Source: Girardia tigrina (Eukaryota). Taken from it: 58,116 nt of DNA. The position numbers and the translations under genes are program-made. Shown here piece by piece: positions 40,020 through 52,669 of this stretch; position 1 is the stretch's first letter, and each line of letters starts with the position of its first letter. The stretch spans positions 16,211 to 74,326 of the forward strand of contig MQRK01216311.1 in assembly GCA_001938485.1 (NCBI GenBank). Direction: 5' to 3'. The notes under the pieces were generated by a model, which saw only the letters and a program-made list of their open reading frames with translations, did not search any database and was not told the DNA's origin.

Positions 40020-40245
40020 ATTCAAATCGGCATTTTCTGTTATATTTGGTTTGGGTAACCGCGACCGTTGGTATGGTAACCATGGCCATGGCAACGGGTA
40101 ACCCCCCCCCCAAGGGGTTAATTATCGATTGATGTAGAACTCTCATTTCCCCCCATACTCATATGCGAATTTGAAATATTTAATCAAACGTTTCATTAAA
40201 AAATCTAAAATTTTATGAGGGTGACTATTAATTTGACCCCTACTG
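40020..40245 (-). mobile_element. Non-autonomous DNA element with a Tc1-like end and X-box motifs
   Basis: The end reads TA|CAGTAGGGGTCAAATTAATAG on the minus strand; homologous in inverted orientation to 58000-58116. Confidence 0.55.
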
Positions 40246-40375
40246 TACTATGATTAAAATTTTTATGAAAATACTAATTAAATACTAATTTATTTGAATA
40301 ATGGTGATTTCCATCATTTATTTACTAATTATATTTCTAAAAATTAATTTACGTTAAATTTGCAAAATTTCGTAA

Positions 40376-40671
40376 TCATCTGATTCACGGTTTGTCGGTC
40401 AAGCTCAAATTTTACTATGATCATATATATGCTGATAAAATGCGAAAATCTCACGTAAAGTTGAGATAGCTCTGCATAGTCCGCATTGAGACGGTTCTTT
40501 CTGTACATCGCCGTTGACAAAAGGTTCTGGTTGTCAAATTAATTGAGGTTAATCAACACAGAATTCGAAACAATAAATAATAAATTATAAAAGTTACTAT
40601 TTAATATTTAAAGCAGAAACTTTCAAAGACGAAAACTCAGCCACCCGTCATAGATGACGGGTTTTTTCTAG
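40376..40671 (+). mobile_element. Non-autonomous Helitron, copy 1
   Basis: A|TC 5' end; hairpin ACCCGTCA-TAGA-TGACGGGT (40643-40662) followed by CTAG|T; no TSD. Confidence 0.8.
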
Positions 40672-40991
40672 TGTTTTATAAAAATCATTAAATTCGTCTT
40701 CGGGATTTCAGTTTGACTTTGATTAAAAAGTTTTGGGATTAAAAAACAAATAATGGAATTATGAAAATTTATTAAGAAGCCAAAAAATCATTTAAAAACA
40801 AAACAAAAAATGCATTGCTTGTCACATCAAAATAATAAAAACAATTCTGCAAAATTCGGATTCATGTCGTTTGTAAACTATGTAACTAGGAATAATACGC
40901 ATATAATAAAATTTTCATGTTTTCAATGCAAACAGTTTAATCTCTTAAACCATTTTTTTTAAACCCATACATTATAGACATATATTATATA

Positions 40992-42260
40992 TTAGGTTGA
41001 TGCAAAATAAATGTCGTTTTAATGTATTTAATATTCATTGTTTGAAATATTTAGAAACTAGATTCATATTTAAATTTACTTTATAGCTTAAACTTTTTTT
41101 CTATATTTTGATACCAAGTATGACAATTTTGTTGTTAATTTAAAGTGTATTTATTTTATTTTTGAAATGTTAGAAAAGAAGGAAATGAGAACAATTTTAT
41201 TCTACGATTTCAAACTAGGTCAAAAAGCGAGAGAAACGGCTCGGAATATTAACAATATATTTGGACAACATACCTCTAATTAACAAACAGTACAAAGTTG
41301 TCTAAGTTTCGTAGTGGCAACGAGAGCCTTAAAGATGAAGAACACGGTAGTCGACCATCACAAGTTTACGGCGACCATTTGAAGAAGTTAATCAATGCCG
41401 TCCCACATAAAAATTCACGGGATGTCACTCAAGAGCTCAACGTTTACCAATCAACAGTTGTTCGTGATCTGAAGAAAATCGGGAAAGGAAAAAGGCTGGA
41501 CAAGTAGGTGCGCACAAATTAAACGAAAATCAAAAAAATCGTCGTTTTAACGTGTGTTTTTCTATGCTTTTGCGTAATCAAAGCGACCCGTTTCTAGATC
41601 GAATTGTAACATGCGATGAAAAATTGATCCTATACGACAACCGGCGACGTTTCCTTCAGTGGTTGGATTTCAATGAGACTCCAAAGCCTTTCCCGAAGCC
41701 AAAATGACACCAAAAAAGTCATAGTAACTGTTTGGTGGTCCGCACACGGTTTAATCCATTACATCTTCTTAAAACAAGGCGAAACAATTACAGAGGAAAA
41801 ATATTGTCAGCAAATTGACAAAATGCACCAAGAACTTCAAAAAAAAAACGGCCGGCATTACTCAATATAAAGGGGTTAATTCTTCTGCATGACAACACTC
41901 GTCCACATGTTGCAAGAAAGACCATGCTGAAGTTAAACAAACTGGGATATGAAACTTTACCTCATCCACCGTACTCACCAGACCTTTTCCCTACAGATTA
42001 TCCCCTTTTCAAATATTTTCGTAAGTTTCTTCACGACTAATGCTTCAGAAACCAAGGAGATGTTGAAAAAGCCTTGGACGACTTCATCGCCCCAGAACTC
42101 CAGAATTTTATGAAACTGGAATAAAAAAAACTTGTTAACCATTGGCAACAGTGTGTTCAATGTAATGGTTTTTATTTTGACTAATCAAGTTAATTCTAAA
42201 GAAAGTTATGTTCATTTAAAGTTGACGGTTAAAAAACGACATTTCTTTGCATCAATCTAA
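40992..42260 (+). mobile_element. Full-length mariner element, inactive
   Basis: TA-flanked TIRs TTAGGTTGATGCAAAA; CDEK, HDNTRPH and YSPDL motifs; stops and frameshifts. Confidence 0.93.
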
Positions 42261-42498
42261 TAAACACATAAAAAATATAGTAACGCGTTATTCTTTGAAT
42301 CTTAAAAAATATTTTGTATCTAATTCTTTTCCTTTCTTGCCAGACAAACATTTATATTGTACAATTTATTTTTAAGGTGTGTAAAAATGACGACTACAAC
42401 ATAAACCACAAACAAAACCTCAAGTAAGATACATTGCTGTTCATTCTAAAACGTTACAGTACCGTAACGTTGCAGTACAGTTCTAAAACGTTACAGTA

Positions 42499-42706
42499 CC
42501 GTATTTTCACGCATACAACCCGCTGTTCATGTCTGTTTTAACTACGCCTCACGCTAGTCGCAGGGTATAAAAAGGGCGGCTTATTCTAAAAATAATTTAA
42601 ACGATTGCAAATAACATTACATGTTGATAACAAACAGATAATGTGTGATTTTACTTACCTCAAAAGAAGGAAAAACATTTTGCGGGTTATATGCGTGAAA
42701 ATACGG
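42499..42706. mobile_element. pogo/Tc2-type MITE
   Basis: TIRs CCGTATTTTCACGCATACAACCCGC and GCGGGTTATATGCGTGAAAATACGG. Confidence 0.8.
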
Positions 42707-43085
42707 AAGTTCTCTTACACGACTGTGCTGGTCCAGTGTCAGGGGCGGGCGTCTCGTAAAGGGTCAATTCAAACCCTGATTTCCGTATTTATATAATTTA
42801 AAGATATATATATATACTTTAAATGTTTCTGTTTAATTTAATTCTAATATTAAATTGTCAACAAAAAATTATTTCATTTAAAAAGAATAATTTTTTTTCG
42901 AATATTTCATAAACATTTTAATCACTTTCATAGTTTTGATAATTTTTGAAATTTTGAAATAATTCCTCAAAAATAATAATAATTATTGTAACTTTTAATT
43001 ATTAAATTATGTAATTAAACTGAAAGAAATAGTTTCAATAAACATCAAATATTCATAATTATAATTATTTATTTTAATAATACAA

Positions 43086-43685
43086 ATGACTGATTTTTGT
43101 ACAAGACGAATTCAAGGAGAACTTAGACTATATTCTAAGCACAAAATTCCTGGTATCGAAATCGAAGTTAAAAACGAGAACAATATCAAAGAACTTCGAG
43201 GAATTTTTAATGGTTTTCCTGATTCCCCTTATGAGGGAGGAGTTTATCAAGTCGATATTAATATACCTGATCAATATCCAGAAAAACCACCAAAATTCAA
43301 ATTTGTAACTCGAGTTTGGCATCCGAATATCAGTTCAGTAACTGGATGTATTTGCATGAGTCTTTTAGAAAATAGTTGGAATGTGACCGATAATATCAAA
43401 TTGGTCATTGGTAGTATCAACGCTCTTTTTGTTCTTCCTGAACCTGATGATCCTCTTGATTTTATTGTTGCCAATCAATATAAAAATAATCCAGAAATAT
43501 TTCAGAAGACTGCATTATTTTGGAATTATTATTATGCCGGGGGACCAAAAAAGGACGATTTTTCTGAATTTGAAAATAAAATCGAAGAGATGTGTAAAAT
43601 GGGATATGAGAAAGATTCAGTGATTCACGCTCTGTCGATGAATAATTGGATAATTGAGAAGGCTTGCTTTTCTTTAAAGGATTAA
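43086..43685 (+). CDS. UBE2K: Ubiquitin-conjugating enzyme E2, UBE2K/Ubc1 family (UBC plus UBA), intronless and divergent
   Basis: PDSPYEGG, YP..PP and HPNISSVTG motifs, catalytic Cys, EPDDP.D..VANQY, and a C-terminal UBA (MGY..ALS.NNW.IE.A); 199 aa. Confidence 0.92.
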   Translation: MTDFCTRRIQGELRLYSKHKIPGIEIEVKNENNIKELRGIFNGFPDSPYEGGVYQVDINIPDQYPEKPPKFKFVTRVWHPNISSVTGCICMSLLENSWNVTDNIKLVIGSINALFVLPEPDDPLDFIVANQYKNNPEIFQKTALFWNYYYAGGPKKDDFSEFENKIEEMCKMGYEKDSVIHALSMNNWIIEKACFSLKD

Positions 43686-45419
43686 AGAAGAATGTGTTTT
43701 ACTTTTGTTTTGTTTTTTTTAATAAATTATAATTTATAATTTTAGTTATTGTTATTGTTGTTATTATTTTTATGTAATTTTGTTGTTAAAAATAATATTA
43801 AAATTAAGTAAAGATTTCTACTGAGTACACCCGACAAACATTATCAAAAATATCTCTTGAACTTTCTGATATTGTTTCAGTGCTCTCATTGGTTTTGCTT
43901 TTAAATCTTACTCACCCTCCAGCTTGATTATCTGCGATCTTAGAACACGCATAATATTTTGTGATGCGTTTTTTAAGAAATCCGTCTATACAGTCTGTTG
44001 AAGATTTTCTAGATTACTTAATTTGTCTTCTTTGCGTAGCTTAACCCCTAAATAATTAGAATTACTTTAGATATTCGGTAGTGGGACCTGTCTTGCGATA
44101 AATTTTATTTTTTCCGACCGGAATTAGACAATGTCACAATGATACAATCAGTGCTCATAAAAAGAGGATAGAAGAGGAACTTTCCCGATGAGAGTGGAAC
44201 TGGGATTGGAATTGACCAATGTTGCTTCCATTGCAACAAACCCAAACAATTCGAGTTGTGTAATGGTTGTTTCCGATGACGAAAATGATGATGGTATCTC
44301 CTCAGCCATATCTGATGCCTCGGAATCTATTCGGTCATTCACCCCAAAATTGTCCAGACTGATTCAATCTCGAGAGAAAGCACTAATTCATTCATCAATC
44401 AATCTAATGAATTCTACAACTGCTGAATTTGAGTTTTAATATTTTATATTGGTACTTTAAAATGTATTTGTGCATAATATTCTGTAAGTAGAAAATGATT
44501 TTCTGATTCGGATTTAACCGATTGACTGATTTTGAATTCAAACAATACCAGTTAAAATTAATCTTTTCAATAATGATGGAGCCCATTCTTATTCTTGGAC
44601 AAACACTAACAATCTTTCTGTGGGACCCTCTAATCCTATTAATAATAAATGAACAGCGATAAAAACACCAATAAATAGTCTATTTTAGCACTTAATATGA
44701 TCAACCAGGCTTTAAATTTTAATTTATTGCAACTGAATTCGAGTAATAAACAAACCAAAATATCCCCGCCGGTCCATTATCCCCCGACGCACAAAAATAA
44801 TTCAATGAAAATAAAATGTCTTCCAATGCCAATCCGTTTTTGATCAGCAAATATCAAAAGATCAAACAAATGTTCGATGAGTCGGGGATGTTACTGCCAA
44901 CGAGAAACCCGTCACACAGAATCGCGGAGAATGTTATTTGTCGAATTGTTTCTTTCAGAGCGATATTAAGGCAATTTTTAAAAAAACATTTAAACGAATG
45001 TCATCACGGGACGTCATCGGCAATTGCGCTATTGGAGATTTCATTTGAAAAGCTATGCAATTATCGAAATTGTGCTTAATTTCTAACGAGAAAATATTCT
45101 TTCTTCTCGTTTTAACCGCGATTTATTCTTTATGTCTAAAGCCGGCTTAACCTACTGTCAAGGGATCACAAAATCCAAATGGAAATGATGAATGGATATT
45201 TGTGGTATGGTGTCCTACCTACAATAAATCCACCTTTTTTCCCGGCAAACGAGCTATTTTCAAAATATTCAATAATCCAGAAACAATATTGATTTTTTGT
45301 CAAAAAATTTTTCAAAATCCATAATATCAGTAAAGAAAATGAGAATAAGATTCGAAAAAAATCGGATAGCGAAAAGCCATACCGCAGTATGGTTAATCTT
45401 AAGTGAAATAAATATAAGA

Positions 45420-47815
45420 TATAAATAAAAATTTAATTGCCTTCATTATCATCGTTATCATAAATAAAAGTATTTCTTATATTCAATATATTCATAATTA
45501 AAATTATATTCATTTGTATTTATTTCATCATAATCATAATTTTCATTTTCCTTATCATAATCTTCTTCCTCATTTTCAATATTTTCTTCATTTAAAATAT
45601 GATTTATTATTTGGTTATTAATAAAAAATATTCCATTATTATAAATTTCATTTAAATCATATCTAAAAACAATTCTAAAATTTTCATATACCATTTTTTT
45701 TAAAAAAAAATATAAAAAATAAAATAAAAAAATAAAATGATTAATAATTATTTTGTTTTTGTCTATTTCTTTCTAAGTAAATTTTCAATGATAATATATT
45801 CGTTCGTCACATCAATTTGTATTCGTATTTTTTGTTTGTTTTTTGTTATGTTTAGATAATCGTCATAACTTTTATTTTATGATGAATTTTTACTTTTAAA
45901 TGTGAAAATTTGTATTTTTTCCCACCAATATTCAAATAGAAATATTTATTTGTCAATTTCAAAGTATTCAATTGTTTTAGTGTATGAAAAAATCGTATTT
46001 CTAATTCAAAGAAAATGATTTCATTCGTCTCGAGAATTTTTTTCATTTTTTCAAACTTATATTATTTTTAAACAAAAATGAGTAAAAAAGTCACTTGATT
46101 ATGGAAATATGAAAAAACTTGAGAATTTCAATTTTGAATATATTAAAGAAAAGGCAGAAGCAAATATAATAAATGCTCAATTTCAAATTTATGAAGATAC
46201 TGTGGAACAATATCGAGAATATAAAAAAATGGGGATGAATCATAAAGATGTTTGTAAAAAAATCTGTACATCGGAATAAAAATTCTCAAGAATGTTAAAG
46301 GAATTCAATCTTCCTCCTTTAATCGATATTTAATTCCCTCTGCTCATAAAACAAAAACAAAAACGGAAAAAATTGATAAAGTTGAGCAACCCAAATAAAT
46401 AGAAAAAATTAAAAATAAAGAAAGAAAAAATAATATAATAATTGGTAGGGGAAAAGAACAAATAGAGTCCGCTATTCCTTTAAATAGTGATAATGATGAG
46501 AATATAAATGAAGATGATAATATAAAAGATTAAATTATATAAATAAAAATGGCTATGTTTGATAAAAATTCGTGTTTAGTTCATGCTAAAAAAGATCGAC
46601 GTGCAACAGAAGTTGCGCGAGAAAAAGAAAAAAAATCTGTGATGATACCTTATTGGGATCAAAGTGCTGTTGCTCGTAAAAATATTTACGATATAGAAGT
46701 TGCTTATTCGGCATTAGGTTCTCTATCCAATGCAACTGTGGGATTGGTGAATGAATTAGATGTAGTGGAACTGAATAGTAAAAAAAGAAAAATTAGATGT
46801 TGCTGAAAAAATAATTGGAGAAAATGAAAATAAAACAGTTCAAGAGCAATATTTTTCATTTTGTAATGATATAGAGAATAAAAAAAGAATTATGCAAAAA
46901 CAAAATCAAGATTGAACTCCCGAAAAACAAGAGAGATTTAAACAAATCTATATGAAATATAATTTAGTGGAATTAAAATAAAGAAATATCATATGGGAAT
47001 AAATATGTTTCAGATAATGAGAATGATTTAACAAAAAATTTAAAAAAATAAAAAAATTAGAAAAATCATATAAAATCAGGTTGATTTATATCAAATTTAC
47101 CAATTTTTTTCAGCCTGTTTTTAAAATTTAAGTAAAACTAAGGAAAACCAATTTAAACAAAAGAAAACTAATATAAAATACCTATAAATATATTTATATA
47201 TACCTGAAAAATCGTGGCAGTTTTACCTTTTTATTTTAAAAAAAAATTTCTATAAAAACTATTTTACATATTGTAATAATAAAATTATTTTCTATAAAAA
47301 ATATTTTGATATAAATTAAAATCGATATTTTATGTATAAAAATTAAATTAAATAAAATTTTTTTATTTTTTGTTTTTTCTTTTATTAAATATTTCTATTA
47401 ATTTTTTTTTTCTTTTTCGCTTTCTATTAATTTATTTAATATTTCCTTTTTCTCTTTTTCATTTTCTACTATTCTTTTTACCATTTTTCGATTTCCGTTC
47501 GACATCTTAAATGATTTTTATTGGCTTCCTGCAATTCCATTCTTGCATCTACTGCTATTCTTCGAGCATGACTAATCATAATATAATTTGAAATACCATA
47601 TTTTTTAAGAATTTACTATTTAACTTAAATTTTTGCTCTAATATTTTTTATTTATATCTTTCAGTAACTCTATTTTTTCTTTTTCCTATATCTTTCAAAT
47701 TTTTTTTCTTAACTTTCTTACTTATTTCCATATGTCCCTCATCATTCCAATATTTTTCCTTATCTTCTCATTAAATTTTCTATTTCTTTCTTACTTTCTT
47801 TTATTTTTTCTATTT
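45420..47815. mobile_element. Decayed block of compact intronless ORFs, possibly derived from a Polinton/Maverick or DNA virus
   Basis: Four closely packed, very A-rich ORFs on both strands, three with AAAA-ATG starts; one has an HTH pattern. No hallmark gene is visible. Confidence 0.35.
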
Positions 47816-47819
47816 TTTT

Positions 47820-49081
47820 AGGACGATTCATAGCTAATAGGTTAAATTTAGCAATCGCTTGATGTTTTTCCGATATTGAGCTGAGACTCGATAGTCAAGT
47901 GGTATTTGGTTGGATATCAAATGTAATTGATAACACTAAAAGAAACAAGATTAAGTCTGATTCCGAGTTATTAATTTGTAGAAGATTAAACCTGCTAAAA
48001 GATCTCATGAGTGAATATAATTTAAAATTAAGTGTAGTCTACGTCAGGTCCGAGATGAATGATGCAGATATTCTCACGAGAATTCCTCAAAAATGGTTTC
48101 CGATAAACTGCCTTGAAGTGACCGATAATGTTGTATTAGCTCTACTAAAATCGGACATCGAAAAAATTAAGGAAATGCAACACGGAACGCATCTGGGACT
48201 ACATGGATCGATTTATCTGGCGAATGAGTTCAACATCAATGTCTGTGAAAAAGATATTTAGCAAATCATCCTTCAGTGTAATCATTGTCAATCTATTGAT
48301 CCGGCACCGGTCCGATGGAAAAAAGGGAATCTTGAAGTCGACAAAATTTGGAGAAGAATTGTCATCAATGTTTCAAAGTTTGAAGAGTCCAAATATCTTA
48401 CAATTATTGATTGTGGACCATCAAGTTTTGCAATGTGGAGAAAAATTAGTGACGAGGGAGCTTCTGGAGTCATTAAGAACTTGAGAATATTTTCTATGAA
48501 CGTGGAGCTCCTAACGAGTTATTGGTGAACAAATATACATCTTTCCATTCTGAAGCCTTTAAATCGGAGATGAAGGCGTGGAAAATCAATGTCATATACC
48601 GTGCTGTAAATAGACCAAATGGTAATGGAATAATCGAAAGGAGTCATCGAAAGCGTTAGCCGCAAGAGTAGGGAATGGAATCCAAGAAGCTGTGTATTGG
48701 ATGAATAATACTCCAGGATTAAACCTCGGATATAAACCTCGGTTGAAGTTGGTCGTTAATTCAATAGATCATATTGGCGAAGATAAATTTTTAGCTAAGT
48801 TCAAAGAGGGAGATAAAGTATGGGTGAAACCAAATGAGGCCCAGCGATGCGACAAAAAATAGGTAGAAGAAGTTATCAAGGGGATAATAAGTCCAGTCAA
48901 ATTTTTAGTAACCATAAGGAATGTTGACTCGTTACGCCCTATTGCTGATCTAAGACCACAATTTCAACTGAGTGTTTCGAATCTGAGCGATTCTTCACAA
49001 CAAGATAAAACGGAATCGATCGTTCGTAAGCGCCGACCTCCAAGGAGATTCTGTGATTATGTCACATGGGATGAGTTAGAT
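47820..49081 (+). mobile_element. LTR retrotransposon RNase H-integrase relic of the same family type as 8745-13169
   Basis: DSQVVFGW, VRSEMNDADILTR, HLG..C..CQSIDPAPVRW.KG.L, IDCGPS.FA.W and GNGIIERSHR motifs; the LTR probably starts near 49605. Confidence 0.85.
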
Positions 49082-49565
49082 CAGTACTGCCCAACCAGGC
49101 GATCGCGATCTACGAGTCGATCGCGACACGACTTTGGGTCGATCTTCTACTACAGACTGAAAATGAAAAAATAATGTTTGTAAAAAAAAATTTGTAAAAA
49201 ATTTTTTTTGTAAACACAAATATTAAAAAAAGTTAAGCAATCACTATACTTCTCCGTTTTTTAGTTTGCTTTGCAAAAGTTTGTTCAAACGCTCTTCATC
49301 AAATTCATTTGGTCGTCCTGAACGAGGTGCATCCTTGAGGTCAAAATTGCCAATTTTAAATTTTGCGAACCAATCCCGAGCAGTTCTATCATCTATAGCA
49401 CCTTCTCCGTATACAGTACAAAGCTCTCGTATTATAACATAATGTAAAAACATAGTATGTATTTCTAACTTCCCAATCTCCCCTTAAACTATGACAACAA
49501 GTCGATCGCGACACATTTTTAAGAAAAAAAGTCGATCTTACGTACACAAAAGTTGGGCACCACTG
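49082..49565. mobile_element. hAT (Charlie-like) MITE carrying a mariner HTH fragment
   Basis: TIRs CAGTACTGCCCAAC and GTTGGGCACCACTG; subterminal GTCGATCGCG repeats. Positions 49250-49450 on the minus strand encode VYGEGA..DRTARDWFAKFK.G.FDLKDAPRSGRP. Confidence 0.8.
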
Positions 49566-52500
49566 TTAGGCATCTAACTGTTAGATTCTTCCGAATCTTT
49601 GGAGATGTATACTGATGATTAAAACTTTGTTTTAATATTTTTCATTTTGTAGAGTTAATTTGAAACGCATGTTTTTTGAATATATTTTATACCTGTTGTG
49701 TCGTTGTTGAATTATTCTAGGGCTACATCATGGATAATTATGTTTTGTATTAATTTTAAAAGTTATTCTGAAAAATAAATTAATGAAATTTTTATGGCCA
49801 GAGGTGTAATTTAAAAAAAACAGATTATTTTAAATTTTAAAGTCACTTTGTAATTCTGCCAATTAAAAATTCAATAAATAATTAATTGAAAAAGATGTAT
49901 ATATAAACAGCCATTAAAAATTTTCTAATTATTGAATCGTAATAAAATAATAATAAATTTAAATATAGTAAATTATTTTTTGTATTTAAACTGTATAAAC
50001 ACTAAAGGACTTTTAATTAAAAAATTGAGCTAAAACATTTAAATAAGTTTAAAATGATAAATATATTTTGTAAAGTTAATTAGACATGTAAAAGAAATGA
50101 AACGAATAAATAGTTAAAATAATTTTAGGTAATAAAATGTTTTTTAAATTGAAATATTGATAATAAATAAAATGTTAAACTCTTTTTTGTTTATTTAGTT
50201 AAAATAAATTTTGTTAATTTTATATTTTTTTAATTAAATTATATCGAATAGTAGAATGTTAATCTATAAAATTAATGGAAAAAAATTCAATTTTTAAAAT
50301 ATCGTTTTTAATAAATAGCTTATCAGTATTTATAATACCATATTTTTATGTATAAGGAATCTGGTCAAATGAAAACGAAAGGAAAGTTCCTCGACGAAAA
50401 ATCGTTTATTAATTGTTATTTGTGTTATAAATAAAATTTGGTGTTAATGAATTATAATCTTGATCAAGAACCCAACAAAAATAACTATTTTTCGATCCAA
50501 TTTAATTATTTTATTGATTGTAAACAAAATCACAAATTGATAAATATACCTGTTTTCTTCTTGATAGGGCACTCTATACATGAGTTAAAAAACTAACCAT
50601 ATTGTTGTGTGCGAAAACATTCAACGGATAGTTCCGGAGTTTATTTTCATTATAAAAAATATGAGACGATTAAGAGAAAGATTTATTTTTGAATTTCAAA
50701 ACTTTCACCAAATAAAAAGTGATCCGGATAAACAAATTGGTCTAATACAATATCATTTGTCATTAAAACTGATGATAATTATAAAATCATGTTTTTTTTA
50801 TAAATAATAATATAAAATTTTAGTATATAAATATATTTATAAATAATAATATTTAATTTTTGATCACTACACATATAAATACTAACTGATCAATGAAATT
50901 CAACCATTTTTTCAATTTGATATAACATATTCATTTTAAAAGGCCGTTAATATATGAAAAATAAATATACATGCAAAAACACACATGCACAAACCACAAA
51001 CACACAAAAAATTCAAAGTCACACTAAATATGAATACACCATATTTTCACATTATCATACAGCCCTTTTCGTTTTAGTAAGGTAATTTAAAATAAAAATT
51101 AACAAAAAAATTTAATTCTTTTAAGAAATAATTTCCAAATTGAAATAAAAATATGAAAATTTATTACTCGGAAACAGAAATAAAGATGAAACACAAGAAA
51201 AAGGAAATTTGGTGTTTAACAAATCGTCATTTATCATTTTAAATGCATGTAGTGATTCGATAATCGATATAAAAAATCCTTCAGAAATGACTTTTGTTTA
51301 ATTAAAGTAAACAAAGAACAAGTGTGGCACAAATTTAAATTGATGTAACATTTTTTAATAAACTATTATATTTATAAGAATTGTAACTGTTGATTATGCA
51401 CAGAAAAATAAATTGTTTTTACTTTTGATCTTTTGATAATCTGTCAACTCTTAAAGAAGTTTTTTCTATTTGTGATGGTTTGAAAATAAACACCAATCCA
51501 GAGATGAAAGTTTATAGAGCTAAATTAGTTAAGCAGGCTGAGTGGTATAAATGTCTTTGCCTCTCCTTTCTCATTTTTGTTGTGGTGGTAATATCGATGG
51601 TCTGCATACAACAAATTCCTCCTCCATATTCGTCGAAGCTTTTTAGAAATCAAAGTCTTGGTCATATTTTTCCGCAAAGCCTTAGTTCTTCGGGAGTTTC
51701 CGATTTTTTTTCTATCAGAGAATATTAGCTGTTTTTTGTAGGTGATGGTAGGTAACGGTGTCGCAGTTCCTATTGACATCGATCCGTGTCTCAGGAGATT
51801 GAGTAACTGCAAACAGAGATTGACACTCATTAGCGAGCGCGACGGGAATCTGCTTCAGTTTTTCTCCGATCTCGATGTCGAGGAGTTTGACGATGTTGAA
51901 TCAGTTTTCTGAGTTATCTTGGTCTTTTATCCGAACGATTGTTTTTCGAACTCGATTATCACGAGGTAGATTCACGTCGGCGAGTCGGGGGTCAAAACGT
52001 AAGTAATTATTTTTTGCTCACGACCCAGAGTCCACCCCTCAACCCAGGAGTGCCGCAACCACGAAACCACTGCTCACGCTGTCGCACTAGGACCTGTCTT
52101 GTATTCTTCCCTGACTTGACTGTGCAACTACATAGTCTGCACAGTTCTGGAAAGTTATCCTCATAATTTAAGATGAATTTGAATATGAACAGAGTAGAAT
52201 ATAAGATTTATGACTTTGAGTGGTTGGGCGAAACAAGTTGGTCCAACTTTCGTGGATTTGAAGCCAAAAAGTTTCTGATTATTAGGAGTCTCAAAAAATT
52301 CAACAGATGATAGTTTGAAGTGTTATGTGTTATTATCATTTTGATTTTCCATCTCAACACATTTTTTAAGTTCTTATGTAACTCAATATGATAGAGGTTA
52401 AGAGTGGAAGTATTATGATGAGATGTCTTTATGAAAAGGGTTATCAATGACCTTATTAAGTAAGGTTAAAAAGTGTATTGTTTAGTATGTTTAGTGTTTT

Positions 52501-52669
52501 TGTTATGTGTTTTCTTTAACTGTTGCATCGTATAGAATTTATAAATTGCATATTTTTCTGTTGTGGGTTCTGAAATGTTAGATATTTTGGTTTCGGAGTT
52601 TTATTGGGAGTTTATGGTTATTGGTTGTGCCATCTTGATTTACTGTTGCAGCGCTTTGGTCTATATTGA

